Assembly: GCA_031459915.1 (NCBI GenBank)
Contig: JAVKHO010000013.1
Coordinates: forward strand, 1-64,000
Length of the DNA stretch: 64,000 nt
Direction of reading: 5' to 3'
Source: Candidatus Tepidifontimicrobium thermophilum
GTDB lineage: Bacteria; Sysuimicrobiota; Sysuimicrobiia; Sysuimicrobiales; Sysuimicrobiaceae
Below are positions 17,698 to 27,165 of the stretch, piece after piece. The notes under the pieces were generated by a model. It was not told the origin of the DNA. It saw nothing but the letters and a program-made list of their open reading frames with translations, and made no database searches. The position numbers and the translations under genes are program-made. Positions within the stretch are counted from its first letter, which is position 1, and each line of letters starts with the position of its first letter.

Positions 17698-19446
17698 TTA
17701 GCCCCAGAGGTACAGATGGTAACGCCGGCGCAGAGCCTCCTGCAGCTGCCCCGCGATCCACAGGCTCTCCCGCAGGCGCCGGGCCTCCCACCCTGACAGT
17801 TCGTCCACCGCCACCTCGTTGCCCGGCCGCTCCCCGCGCGCCAGCGCCCGGAGCTGGAACTGCAGCCTCAGCCGCAGCCCGAAGGCCAGGGCCTCCTTCG
17901 CGGCGTCCGCGTCCTCCCGGCTCAGCAGTCTCCCGTCTGCTGCGGCGTCCAGGCGCCCGAAGGTGTTGCGCACACGGCTGCCTGCGGCCAAACCCAGGAC
18001 CCGCCCCGCGCACACCACGGGTGCCACCAGCCCGGCCTTAAGGTCCACCCGCCCGTGCCTGGACCGGAGGGTCCGGAAAGGCCCCAGGGGCACTGCAAAC
18101 CCCACACACCCCCTGGCCATGTGCGCTAGAGACACGGGCGTCGTCCGCACTGACTCCACCACCCGCTCCAGGGACTCCAAAGACAGGGACCCTGCCACCG
18201 CCCGGAAGTCCAAAAACACCTGCAGGTGCAGGAGGTTCTCACCCTGGGGATCCGCCAGCCACCCCTGGAACGTCTGCAGCCAGGCCCGCAGGGGCATCTG
18301 CCACCGGGTGGCCATGTAGCCTCCCGCACACGGCGGGAACCCCGCGGCACCCAGGCCTTCTGCCACCGCCTCCGCGAAAGCCCGGAAGTAGTCGCCGTGG
18401 CCGTCCTCCGCCACCACCAGGAAGTTGTCCTGGTCCGTGGGCAGCACCTGTTCCTCGCGTCCCTCCGACCCGCAGACGACCCAAGCGTAGGCCGTGGGCT
18501 CGGAGCCGAGCCGCGCGTGGGCGTCCCGGATGACCCGCCGGCACAGGGCGTCGTGCAGGTAGCTGACCGCCCGACAGACGTGGACGACGTCCACTCCTGC
18601 CTCCAGCAGCGCTGAGGTGGCCCGCGCCACCTCGTCCGCGTAGCGTCCGATTTCCCCCGCCTCGAGACGCTTGAGGAGAAACAGCGGGCTGTGCGCCTGC
18701 AGCCGGATCAGGTCGGTGTCCGTGACCATGCCCGCCACGCGCCCCTCCCGGACCACCGGCAGGTGGTGCACGCCCAGCTCCAGCATCCGAAGCACCGCTG
18801 AGAGGGTCGGGGTGTCCGCGCCCACCGTGTGGACCGGGGAACTCATGATGGAAGCCACCGGGACTTCTGCCCCGAGGCCGCGGGCCACCACCTTCGTCCG
18901 CAGGTCCCGGTCGGTCACGATCCCCACCACCGCCCCCACGGGCAGTCCGTCCGGCTCCGGCGGGCGCGCGGCCACCAGCACCGAGCTCACGCCCTCCTCC
19001 ACCATGCGCTCCGCGGCCTGCCGGCACGTGGCTTCCACGGGGACCCACACCAGGGGCCGCCGCACCAGCTCGCCTACGGGCACCAACACCCCGGACCGCA
19101 CCTGCTCCTCCACCGGGGGCACGCGGCGGACCGAGTCCACCACGGTCGCCGGCCAGCGGTACAGAAGGCTGTCCTCCTCCGCCCACGCCTCCAGGGGAGC
19201 TGCGAAGGCACCCTCCCGGCCTCCGAACACCTCCGCCTCCTCCAGGTGCGCCACCATGCCGTCCTTGTGCACCCGAACCGCGCCCTTGCGGACCAGGTAC
19301 ACGTACCGCTGGCTGGTAGACGCCTCCGCGACCCGCGCCCCCCGCGGGGCGTACACCACTTCCAGGGTCGCGGCCAGATGTGCCAGCTCCCGCTCGGACA
19401 GCTGCCCGAACGGTCGCGTCGCGCGCACGAACCCCACGGGGTCCAC
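17698..19446 (-). CDS. cNMP-binding-like / CBS-pair / DUF294 nucleotidyltransferase protein
   Basis: N-terminal cNMP-like region, CBS pair (GIVTDRDLR, HHLPVV), GSEGREEQVLPTDQDN (GSX10DXD), DFR and DLK C-terminal domain. Confidence 0.9.
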   Translation of the reverse strand: MDPVGFVRATRPFGQLSERELAHLAATLEVVYAPRGARVAEASTSQRYVYLVRKGAVRVHKDGMVAHLEEAEVFGGREGAFAAPLEAWAEEDSLLYRWPATVVDSVRRVPPVEEQVRSGVLVPVGELVRRPLVWVPVEATCRQAAERMVEEGVSSVLVAARPPEPDGLPVGAVVGIVTDRDLRTKVVARGLGAEVPVASIMSSPVHTVGADTPTLSAVLRMLELGVHHLPVVREGRVAGMVTDTDLIRLQAHSPLFLLKRLEAGEIGRYADEVARATSALLEAGVDVVHVCRAVSYLHDALCRRVIRDAHARLGSEPTAYAWVVCGSEGREEQVLPTDQDNFLVVAEDGHGDYFRAFAEAVAEGLGAAGFPPCAGGYMATRWQMPLRAWLQTFQGWLADPQGENLLHLQVFLDFRAVAGSLSLESLERVVESVRTTPVSLAHMARGCVGFAVPLGPFRTLRSRHGRVDLKAGLVAPVVCAGRVLGLAAGSRVRNTFGRLDAAADGRLLSREDADAAKEALAFGLRLRLQFQLRALARGERPGNEVAVDELSGWEARRLRESLWIAGQLQEALRRRYHLYLWG

Positions 19447-19447
19447 G

Positions 19448-20683
19448 TCAGCGCAGGGGCAGCCGCAGGTGCACCGTGGTCCCCTTGCCCGGAGTGCTGT
19501 CGATCTGCAGGCTGTAGGCGTCGCCGTACAGGCGCCGGAGCCGTTCCGCCACGTTCGCCAGCCCCACGCCCCTCCGGCCGCTCCGCCGGTCGCCGTTGCC
19601 GCTCCGGGCCGCCAGCACCTCCGCCACCCGTTCCGGAGGCATCCCCACGCCGTCGTCCCGCACCACCACGTGGACCCTTAGGGTCAGCAGGTCCAGCCGG
19701 GCCCGGATCTCCACCGTCCCCGGGCCGTTCTTGGGGCCGATGCCGTGCCGTACCGCGTTCTCCACGATGGGCTGGACCGACAGCGCCGGGACCCCCACCT
19801 TCAGGACCTGGGGGTCGATGTCGTACACCACCCGCAACCGGTCTCGGAACCGGGCCTGCTCGATGAACAGGTAGTCCCGGATGTACTGGTACTCGTCCGC
19901 AAAGGGGATGATCTGGCCCTGCAGCTCCATGTTCATCCGGAACAGGTCCGCCAGCCGCAGGAGGAGCCGGCGGGCCGTCTCCGGGTCGTCCCGCAAGTAG
20001 CTGACCACGGTGTTGAGGGTGTTGAAGAAGAAGTGGGGGTTGATCTGCGCCCGCAGGGCCCGTAGCTCCGCCTCCGCGGCCAGGCGCGCCTGCTGGTCCA
20101 TGTGGGCCAGCTCAAGCTGCATGGCCAAAAAGCGCGCGAACAGCTCCGCGGAGCGGCACACGTCCTCCACCGCCGGGCAGTCCGGGGCCAGCACCAGGGC
20201 CAGGGCACCCAGCACCTCCCGGCGGTGTGCGAGGGGGTATCCCACGACGACTCCCCCGGGTACGGAACGGCGCTGGGCCCGTGCCTGCGTCCGCGCCCCC
20301 ACCACCACCTGCCCCATCTGCCCCACCAGGGTACTGTCGCCCACGTCGGGGCCCGACACCGCCAGGACCTCCTGCCGGTCCGCCACCGCCACCGCTCGGA
20401 CACCTTCCAAACGGGCCAGCAGGTCCGCGGTCTGCTGCGCGGTGTCCCGGTTCAGGCCGTCCCGGAGTACCGGGAGGGGAGCGGGCAGCCGTGGCAGTCC
20501 CCTGTGCCCGCGGGCGTAGCCCACCTGAGCCACGCTCAGCCGGCCCACCACGACGGCCAGGACCGCGTTGAACACCGCCAGGGAGGCCGCCAGGGAGACG
20601 GGGTCCGTCCGCAGCAGGGAGTACAGGACGATAGTCTCCAGGACGGTCAGCAACCCTGCGCTGGCCGCGGCGATCCGCAGCAC
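19448..20683 (-). CDS. LytS/YehU-family sensor histidine kinase
   Basis: AQINPHFFFNTLN H-box, QPIVENAVRHG, DDGVG, GVGLANV; only two N-terminal hydrophobic segments plus a GAF-like region. Confidence 0.92.
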   Translation of the reverse strand: MLRIAAASAGLLTVLETIVLYSLLRTDPVSLAASLAVFNAVLAVVVGRLSVAQVGYARGHRGLPRLPAPLPVLRDGLNRDTAQQTADLLARLEGVRAVAVADRQEVLAVSGPDVGDSTLVGQMGQVVVGARTQARAQRRSVPGGVVVGYPLAHRREVLGALALVLAPDCPAVEDVCRSAELFARFLAMQLELAHMDQQARLAAEAELRALRAQINPHFFFNTLNTVVSYLRDDPETARRLLLRLADLFRMNMELQGQIIPFADEYQYIRDYLFIEQARFRDRLRVVYDIDPQVLKVGVPALSVQPIVENAVRHGIGPKNGPGTVEIRARLDLLTLRVHVVVRDDGVGMPPERVAEVLAARSGNGDRRSGRRGVGLANVAERLRRLYGDAYSLQIDSTPGKGTTVHLRLPLR

Positions 20684-20744
20684 GCTCTCACCCCGAAGGA
20701 GACGCCGGTGTTTATTTTTGCTGACACCTCCCCCCGCCTCCTCC

Positions 20745-20872
20745 CCCGTTCACGCTGTCCGTGCCACCGCTGGCCCCGCAGTTCACCGGACTTTTTCGCC
20801 ACTTCACCCTGCCGGGCTCCGAGCTTTACCCCGTCCACCAGGCTGGCCACCGCGCGCTGTGCCCCGCTCACC
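20745..20872 (+). promoter_or_regulatory. Putative LytTR-type direct-repeat operator array
   Basis: GTTCAC-like cores at 20748, 20781, 20802, 20833 and 20866 (spacings 33, 21, 31, 33). Confidence 0.5.
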
Positions 20873-20988
20873 GCCAAAGCCTTGTCACGAGCCGGCCGGA
20901 CGCCTACGCAGGAGGCGGGGGTCGGCTCCCAGTCTACCCACCAGACAACGCTTGCGCCGGACCCACGGCGAGAAAAGGGGGGAGGTAC

Positions 20989-21360
20989 GTGACAGCACCC
21001 GTCGAGCACCCGGAGGAGCACCTGCCGGAGCGGTACAAGACCTGGTACTGGGGCCGGTTGGTCCAGGTCACCGCGGTGTTTTTCGTCCTGTGGACGGTGA
21101 TCGCCATCTGGTGGCACATCCCCGCCCCCTACGCGTGGCGGAACGTCCTTTTGTTCGGCAACATGCCCCTGCACTGGTACCTGGCCGCCTTCATCAGCAT
21201 CTGGGTCGGGGTCCTGATGATCTTCGTGTACCACTGGGTGATGGAGGGCGTGGACAACCAGTTCCGCGCCCAGGCCCTCGCGGACTGGGAGGAGCTCCCG
21301 GAGGACGTCAGGATGAGCCTGCGCCTAGCGGGAGTCACCCCCAGCGGGGCTCAGCGGTAG
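20989..21360 (+). CDS. DUF4212-like small membrane protein (symporter small subunit)
   Basis: YW N-terminal motif, two TMs, PLHWY, GGAGG RBS; directly upstream of a symporter. Confidence 0.75.
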   Translation: MTAPVEHPEEHLPERYKTWYWGRLVQVTAVFFVLWTVIAIWWHIPAPYAWRNVLLFGNMPLHWYLAAFISIWVGVLMIFVYHWVMEGVDNQFRAQALADWEELPEDVRMSLRLAGVTPSGAQR

Positions 21361-21369
21361 GAGGGCGAC

Positions 21370-23178
21370 ATGCGGATCCACCCGGAAGTGTACCGAGTCC
21401 TCCTCCCTTCCGTGGCGGGCTACGTCCTGCTTATCCTGATCGCCGCGGCCCTGTTCGGACCGCGCGTGGCCTCGGGCTGGATGGTCATCGGGTCCATCCT
21501 CATGTACATCGCCATCGCCTACGTAGCCCGTGGGACCACCGCGCACGCCATGTACGTGGCGGAGCGCCGCATCCCGCCCGTGGTGAACGGCGCGGCCACC
21601 GCGGCGGACTGGATGAGCGCGGCCAGCTTCCTCAGCATGGCCGGAGCCATCGCCCTGCTGGGCTACGACGGGCTCCCATACATCATCGGCTGGACGCTCG
21701 GCTACACCATCCACGCCTTCTTCATCGCTCCGTATGTGCGTAAGTCCCACACCTGGACGGTCCCGGACCTGGTGGAGACCCGGGCCGGGGGCTACGGCCC
21801 CGCGCGGGTCATCGCGGTGATCATGCTGTTCATCACCTCCCTCACCTACCTGACCGCGCAGCTGGTGGGCGCGGGCGTGGTCTTCAGCCGGTTCCTGGGG
21901 ATCCCAGCGCAGATCGGGGTGTTCGGCGCCCTGTTCGGAATGGGGATCTACGCGGCCAGCGGCGGGTGGAAGAGCATCACCTGGACCCAGTTCGCCCAGT
22001 ACATCGTCCTCATCGTGGCCTACCTGGGGGCCGCGCTCCTCGTGGCCAGCATCGTCGGGATCTGGAAGCCGCTCCCGTGGTTCGGGTACGGAGAGCTGAT
22101 CCAGGCGCTGCAGGCCCGGGAGGTGCAGGCGGGACTGCCCGCGTGGACCACACCCTTTGCCAAGCCCCTGGGCGGTGCCGCGGGCCAGCTGAACTGGATC
22201 CTGTCCGCCGTGCTGCTCATGCTGGGCACCATCGGGCTGCCCCACATCCTGATGCGGTCGTACACGGTGCCGAGCGCGTCCGCCGCGCGCCTCAGCGTGG
22301 GGTGGGCCCTGTTCTTCATCGGCCTGCTGTACTGCACCGCGCCCATGTACGCGGCTATGGCCCGCTACGCCTTCAGCGGGCTGTGGGGCAAGCCCATCGC
22401 GGAGGTCCAGAGCGTGCCCTGGGTGGCCAAGTTCCTGCCCACGGGGCTCATCAAGATCAACGACGCCAACGGGGACGGCATCCTGCAGGCCGCGGAGCTC
22501 AGCTTCCACGGGGACATCGTGGTGATCGGCATGCCGGACATGTGGAACCTGGCGTGGTGGATCGCCCCCTTCGTGGCCGTAGGCGGGCTGGCCGCCGCCC
22601 TGAGCACCGCGGACGGACTGCTGATGGTGATGGTCACCGGTATTACCCGGGACATCTACCACCGGTTCATCAACCCCAGCGTGCCCGAGCACGTGGAGGT
22701 CCGCATGACCCGGGTGCTGGTCATGGTCCTGTCCGTGGCCGCCAGCTTCCTCGCGTTCCTCGCTATCCAGGACCCGCGGTTCGCTCTCTACGTGGCCCTG
22801 CTGGTAGGCTGGGCGTTCGTGTTCGCTGCAGCCAGCTTCACCCCCGCGGTGGTGCTGGGGACCTTCTGGAAGCGGCTGAACCGGTACGGGATCGTCTGGG
22901 GCATGGTGGCGGGGATGGCTACCGCTCTGCCGTACGTCCTGGCGGTGGGCGTGTTCCAGGCACCGCCCCTCTCCCTGTTCGGCCAGCCCATCGGCACCAT
23001 CGGGTGGGGCTGCGTGGCCTTCGTGGTGAACCTGGTGGTTTCCGTGGTCGTGTCCCTGCTGACCCAGCCCGAGGGCGAGGCGGTGATGCGGTTCGTGGAC
23101 CGGATGCGCCTGCCCGAGCTGGCGCGGGTTCCCGCGGTGGCGGGGGCTTCCCAGGAGGCGGACGGCCACGAGCGTTGA
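21370..23178 (+). CDS. Sodium/solute symporter (ActP-like, VC_2705-type)
   Basis: NGAATAADWMSAASFLSMAG, TWTQFAQY, GTIGLPHILMR, AALSTADGLL. Confidence 0.92.
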   Translation: MRIHPEVYRVLLPSVAGYVLLILIAAALFGPRVASGWMVIGSILMYIAIAYVARGTTAHAMYVAERRIPPVVNGAATAADWMSAASFLSMAGAIALLGYDGLPYIIGWTLGYTIHAFFIAPYVRKSHTWTVPDLVETRAGGYGPARVIAVIMLFITSLTYLTAQLVGAGVVFSRFLGIPAQIGVFGALFGMGIYAASGGWKSITWTQFAQYIVLIVAYLGAALLVASIVGIWKPLPWFGYGELIQALQAREVQAGLPAWTTPFAKPLGGAAGQLNWILSAVLLMLGTIGLPHILMRSYTVPSASAARLSVGWALFFIGLLYCTAPMYAAMARYAFSGLWGKPIAEVQSVPWVAKFLPTGLIKINDANGDGILQAAELSFHGDIVVIGMPDMWNLAWWIAPFVAVGGLAAALSTADGLLMVMVTGITRDIYHRFINPSVPEHVEVRMTRVLVMVLSVAASFLAFLAIQDPRFALYVALLVGWAFVFAAASFTPAVVLGTFWKRLNRYGIVWGMVAGMATALPYVLAVGVFQAPPLSLFGQPIGTIGWGCVAFVVNLVVSVVVSLLTQPEGEAVMRFVDRMRLPELARVPAVAGASQEADGHER

Positions 23179-23197
23179 GCCCTGCGCGGAGGGTCTG

Positions 23198-25114
23198 TTG
23201 ACGCTGGAGCTCGTCCCTCCCCAGGTCCGGTCCATGGTGGAGGCCGCCCGGGCCGACCCCGAGGGGTTCTGGGCCCGGGCGGCCAGGGCCCTTCCCTGGT
23301 TGCGTCCGTGGGACCGCGTGTTTCGGCGCGACGGAGCTTCGTTCCGGTGGTTCGAGGGCAGCCTGACGAACCTGTGCGCCAACGCCCTGGACCGCCACGT
23401 GGAAGCCGGCCGGGCTGGGCGGGCCGCCCTCGTGTACGCGAGCGAACGCGGGGACCGCCGGGTCCTCACCTACGGACAGCTCCTGCACCTGGTGCGGCGT
23501 CTGAGCGCCTCCCTCCGGGGCCTGGGCGTCCGCAGGGGCGACCGCGTCACGGTGTACATGCCCACCTGCCCTGAGGCCATCGCCCTCATGCTGGCCTGCG
23601 TGCGGGTGGGTGCCGTCCACTCCGTGGTGTTCGCTGGGTTCGGGGCCGGGGCCCTGGCGGACCGCGTGCGCGCCAGCGGGTCCAGGTGGGTGTTCACCGC
23701 GGACGTGACCTACCGCAAGGGCGTGCAGGTGCCGCTCAAGGGGATCGTGGACGAGGCCCTGCGCCAGGTCACCGGCGGGGTGGAGGGCGTGGTGGTCCTG
23801 CAGCGTAGCCCGGAGGGCTCGCCCCTGGAGCCAGGCCGCGACCTCAGCTGGGACCGCTTCCTGGCGAAAGCCGAAGGCCAGTCCTCAGACTTCGAGCCCA
23901 TGGAGGCCAACGAGCCGGCCTACATCCTGGCCACCTCCGGCACCACCGCGAAGCCCAAACTGGCGGTGCACACCCACGGCGGGTACCAGGTGGGCATCCA
24001 CAGCGCGGGCCGCTGGTGCTTCGGGCTCAAGCCGGACGACGTGTGGTGGTCCACCTCCGACATCGGGTGGGTGGTGGGGCACAGCTACATCGTGTACGCG
24101 CCCCTGTTGGCCGGCTGCACCACGGTGGCGTACGAGGGCGCCCTGGACTTCCCGGGGCCCGAGACCCCCTGGCGGATCGTGGAGGAGCTGCGGGTGACGG
24201 GGATCTTCACCTCCCCCACCGCGGTGCGGCTGCTGATGAAGTACGGGGAGGAGCCGGCCCTGCGGTACGACCGGTCGTCCCTGGAACGGGTGGTCTGCGC
24301 GGGAGAGGTCCTGAACCCGCCCGCGTGGGAGTGGCTGCAGAAGCGGGTGCTGCAGGACCGGGTGCCGGTCATCGACCACTGGTGGCAGACGGAGACGGGA
24401 GGGCCGGTGATCGGGAACCCCTACGGGGTGGCGCAACTGCCCATCAAGCCGGGCTCCGCGGGGATGCCGCTGCCCGGCATGGAGGTGGCGGTGATGACCC
24501 CGGAAGGGGAGGAGTGCGGTCCGGGGGAGCGCGGAATCCTGGTGATCCGCCGGCCCTTCCCCAGCCTCACCCCAGCCCTGTGGGGCGAGCCGGAACGGTA
24601 CGCGCAGGACTACTGGCAACGGATTCCCGGACGGGACGTGTACTTCACGGGGGACGCGGCGCAGGTGGACCCCGACGGCTACGTGTGGTTCGCGGGCCGC
24701 GCGGACGAGGTGATCAAAATCGCCGCCCACCGCATCGGAACCATCGAGGTGGAGACCGCCTTCCTCAAGCACCCCGCGGTGGCGGAGGCGGGGGTGGTGG
24801 GCCGGCCCGACGAGGTGCGCGGGGAGGTGATCTCCGCCTTCCTGGTGCTGAAGCAGGGGTACGAGCCGTCCGTGGCCCTGCGCCAGGAGCTGCTGGACAC
24901 CGTCCGCCGCGAGCTGGGTCCGGTAGCCGTGGTGGGCGAGGTGAACTTCGTCTCGATGCTGCCCAAGACCCGCAGCGGCAAGATCATGCGGAGGGTGTTG
25001 CGGTCCGTGATCCTGGGCCGGGACCCGGGGGACATCACCACCATCGAGGACGAGGGGTCCGTAGAGGAGGCCCGGGCCGCCTGGCGGCAGCTTCAGGCGG
25101 AACTCAGCAGGTGA
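23198..25114 (+). CDS. Acetate/propionate--CoA ligase (AMP-forming), paralog 1
   Basis: TSGTTAKPK, DHWWQTETG, YFTGD, GRADE, PKTRSGKIMRR. Confidence 0.92.
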   Translation: MTLELVPPQVRSMVEAARADPEGFWARAARALPWLRPWDRVFRRDGASFRWFEGSLTNLCANALDRHVEAGRAGRAALVYASERGDRRVLTYGQLLHLVRRLSASLRGLGVRRGDRVTVYMPTCPEAIALMLACVRVGAVHSVVFAGFGAGALADRVRASGSRWVFTADVTYRKGVQVPLKGIVDEALRQVTGGVEGVVVLQRSPEGSPLEPGRDLSWDRFLAKAEGQSSDFEPMEANEPAYILATSGTTAKPKLAVHTHGGYQVGIHSAGRWCFGLKPDDVWWSTSDIGWVVGHSYIVYAPLLAGCTTVAYEGALDFPGPETPWRIVEELRVTGIFTSPTAVRLLMKYGEEPALRYDRSSLERVVCAGEVLNPPAWEWLQKRVLQDRVPVIDHWWQTETGGPVIGNPYGVAQLPIKPGSAGMPLPGMEVAVMTPEGEECGPGERGILVIRRPFPSLTPALWGEPERYAQDYWQRIPGRDVYFTGDAAQVDPDGYVWFAGRADEVIKIAAHRIGTIEVETAFLKHPAVAEAGVVGRPDEVRGEVISAFLVLKQGYEPSVALRQELLDTVRRELGPVAVVGEVNFVSMLPKTRSGKIMRRVLRSVILGRDPGDITTIEDEGSVEEARAAWRQLQAELSR

Positions 25115-25153
25115 AGGCCGTGGGTCGGGCGAACAACGACCCCTAGGCCTTTT
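25114..25153 (+). terminator. Possible terminator/stabilising hairpin between the two acs paralogs
   Basis: aaggcc..gggtcg / cgaccc..ggcctt stem followed by a short T run. Confidence 0.4.
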
Positions 25154-25186
25154 GCACCAGGCAACCAGGGGAGAAAGGGGGGCTGT

Positions 25187-27157
25187 ATGGAGACGGTACA
25201 GACCCAGGCGACGATTGCGGCCCTGCTGCAGGAGACCCGCCGCTTCCCGCCTCCTCCGGAGTTCACCGCGCGGGCCAACGTCCAGGACCCCGGGGTCTAC
25301 GAGGAGGCGGAGCGGGACTTCGAGGGCTTCTGGGCCCGGCACGCGGAGTCCGAGCTGGAGTGGTTCCGGAAGTGGGACCGGGTACTGGAGTGGGACGTGC
25401 CGTGGGCCAAGTGGTTCGTGGGCGGCCAGACGAACGTCTGCTACAACTGCGTGGACCGCCACGTGAAGGGCCGGCGGAGGACCAAGGCGGCCCTGGTGTG
25501 GGAGGGCGAGCCCGGGGACAGCCGGGTGCTGACCTACCTGGACCTGCACCGGGAGGTGCAGCGGTTCGCCAACGCACTCAAGCAGCTCGGCGTGCAGAAG
25601 GGCGACCGGGTGACGATCTACATGGGAATGGTCCCGGAGCTGCCCATCGCCATGCTGGCCTGCGCGCGGATTGGGGCCCCCCACAGCGTGGTGTTCGGAG
25701 GGTTCAGCGCGGACGCTCTGGCCGGCCGCATTCAGGACGCCCAGGCCAAGGTCCTGGTCACCCAGGACGGCGCGTGGCGGCGCGGACAGGTGGTGCCCCT
25801 CAAGCACTTTGCGGACCAGGCCCTGGAGAGCTGCCCCTCGGTGGAGAAGGTGGTGGTCCTCCGGAGGGCCGGGAACGAGGTGGCCATGAAACCGGGCCGC
25901 GACGCATGGTGGCACGAGCTGGAGGCAGGCGCTCCCGCCACCTGCCCGGCGGAGCCCCTGGACAGCGAGCACCCCCTGTACATCCTGTACACCTCGGGCA
26001 CCACGGGGAAGCCCAAGGGAGTCCTGCACACCACCGCAGGCTACCTGCTGGGCGTCCACATGACCACCAAGTGGGTGTTCGACCTCAAGGACGAAGACGT
26101 GTACTGGTGCACCGCGGACATCGGCTGGGTCACGGGCCACAGCTACATCGTGTACGGGCCGCTCTCGAACGGTGCCACCTCCGTGATGTACGAGGGCGCT
26201 CCCGACTGGCCGGACAAGGACCGGTACTGGCGGATCGTGGAGAAGTACCGGGTGAACGTGCTGTACACGTCCCCCACCTTCATCCGTACCGCCATGAAGT
26301 GGGGGCCTGAGTACCCCCGGCGCTGCGACCTCAGCAGCCTGCGCCTGCTGGGCACCGTGGGCGAGCCCATCAACCCAGAAGCGTGGATGTGGTACCACGA
26401 GAACATCGGAGGGGGCCGGTGCCCCATCGTGGACACCTGGTGGCAGACGGAGACGGGGATGATCCTCATCACCCCGCTTCCAGGTATCACCACCACCAAG
26501 CCTGGGTCCGCCACCCTCCCCTTCCCGGGCATCGCGGCGGACATCGTGGACGAGCAGGGCAACTCCCTGCCGCCCAACACGGGCGGCTACCTGGTCCTCA
26601 CCCGCCCGTGGCCGGCCATGCTGAGGACCTTCTGGGGCGACCCCGAGCGGTACGTCCAGGTCTACTGGAGCCGCTTCCCCGGCAAGTACTTCACCGGGGA
26701 CGGCGCCCGGCGGGACGAGGACGGCTACTTCTGGATCCAGGGCCGGGTGGACGACGTGGTGAACGTGGCGGGCCACCGCCTCAGCAACATCGAGATCGAG
26801 AGCACGCTCGTGGCGCACCCCGCGGTGGCGGAGGCGGCCACCATCGGCCGCAGCCACCCCGAGAAGGGCCAGGCCGTCTCTGCCTTCGTGGTCCTGCGGG
26901 CCGGCTACGCGCCCAGCGAGCAGCTCAAGCACGAGCTCCGGGAGTGGGTGGCGCAGAAGATCAGCCCCATCGCCCGGCCCGACGACGTCTTCTTCTGCGC
27001 AGACCTGCCGAAGACGCGGTCCGCGAAGATCATGCGCCGGCTGCTTCGGGACATCGCGGAGGGCCGGGCCCTGGGCGACACCACCACCCTGACGGACCCC
27101 GCGGTGGTGGAGCAGATCAAGCAGCGGTACGTGGAGGAGGGGAAGGAGGAAGCCTAG
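25187..27157 (+). CDS. acs: Acetyl-CoA synthetase
   Basis: [43 protein letters not shown]. Confidence 0.95.
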   Translation: METVQTQATIAALLQETRRFPPPPEFTARANVQDPGVYEEAERDFEGFWARHAESELEWFRKWDRVLEWDVPWAKWFVGGQTNVCYNCVDRHVKGRRRTKAALVWEGEPGDSRVLTYLDLHREVQRFANALKQLGVQKGDRVTIYMGMVPELPIAMLACARIGAPHSVVFGGFSADALAGRIQDAQAKVLVTQDGAWRRGQVVPLKHFADQALESCPSVEKVVVLRRAGNEVAMKPGRDAWWHELEAGAPATCPAEPLDSEHPLYILYTSGTTGKPKGVLHTTAGYLLGVHMTTKWVFDLKDEDVYWCTADIGWVTGHSYIVYGPLSNGATSVMYEGAPDWPDKDRYWRIVEKYRVNVLYTSPTFIRTAMKWGPEYPRRCDLSSLRLLGTVGEPINPEAWMWYHENIGGGRCPIVDTWWQTETGMILITPLPGITTTKPGSATLPFPGIAADIVDEQGNSLPPNTGGYLVLTRPWPAMLRTFWGDPERYVQVYWSRFPGKYFTGDGARRDEDGYFWIQGRVDDVVNVAGHRLSNIEIESTLVAHPAVAEAATIGRSHPEKGQAVSAFVVLRAGYAPSEQLKHELREWVAQKISPIARPDDVFFCADLPKTRSAKIMRRLLRDIAEGRALGDTTTLTDPAVVEQIKQRYVEEGKEEA

Positions 27158-27165
27158 GGCCGAGG

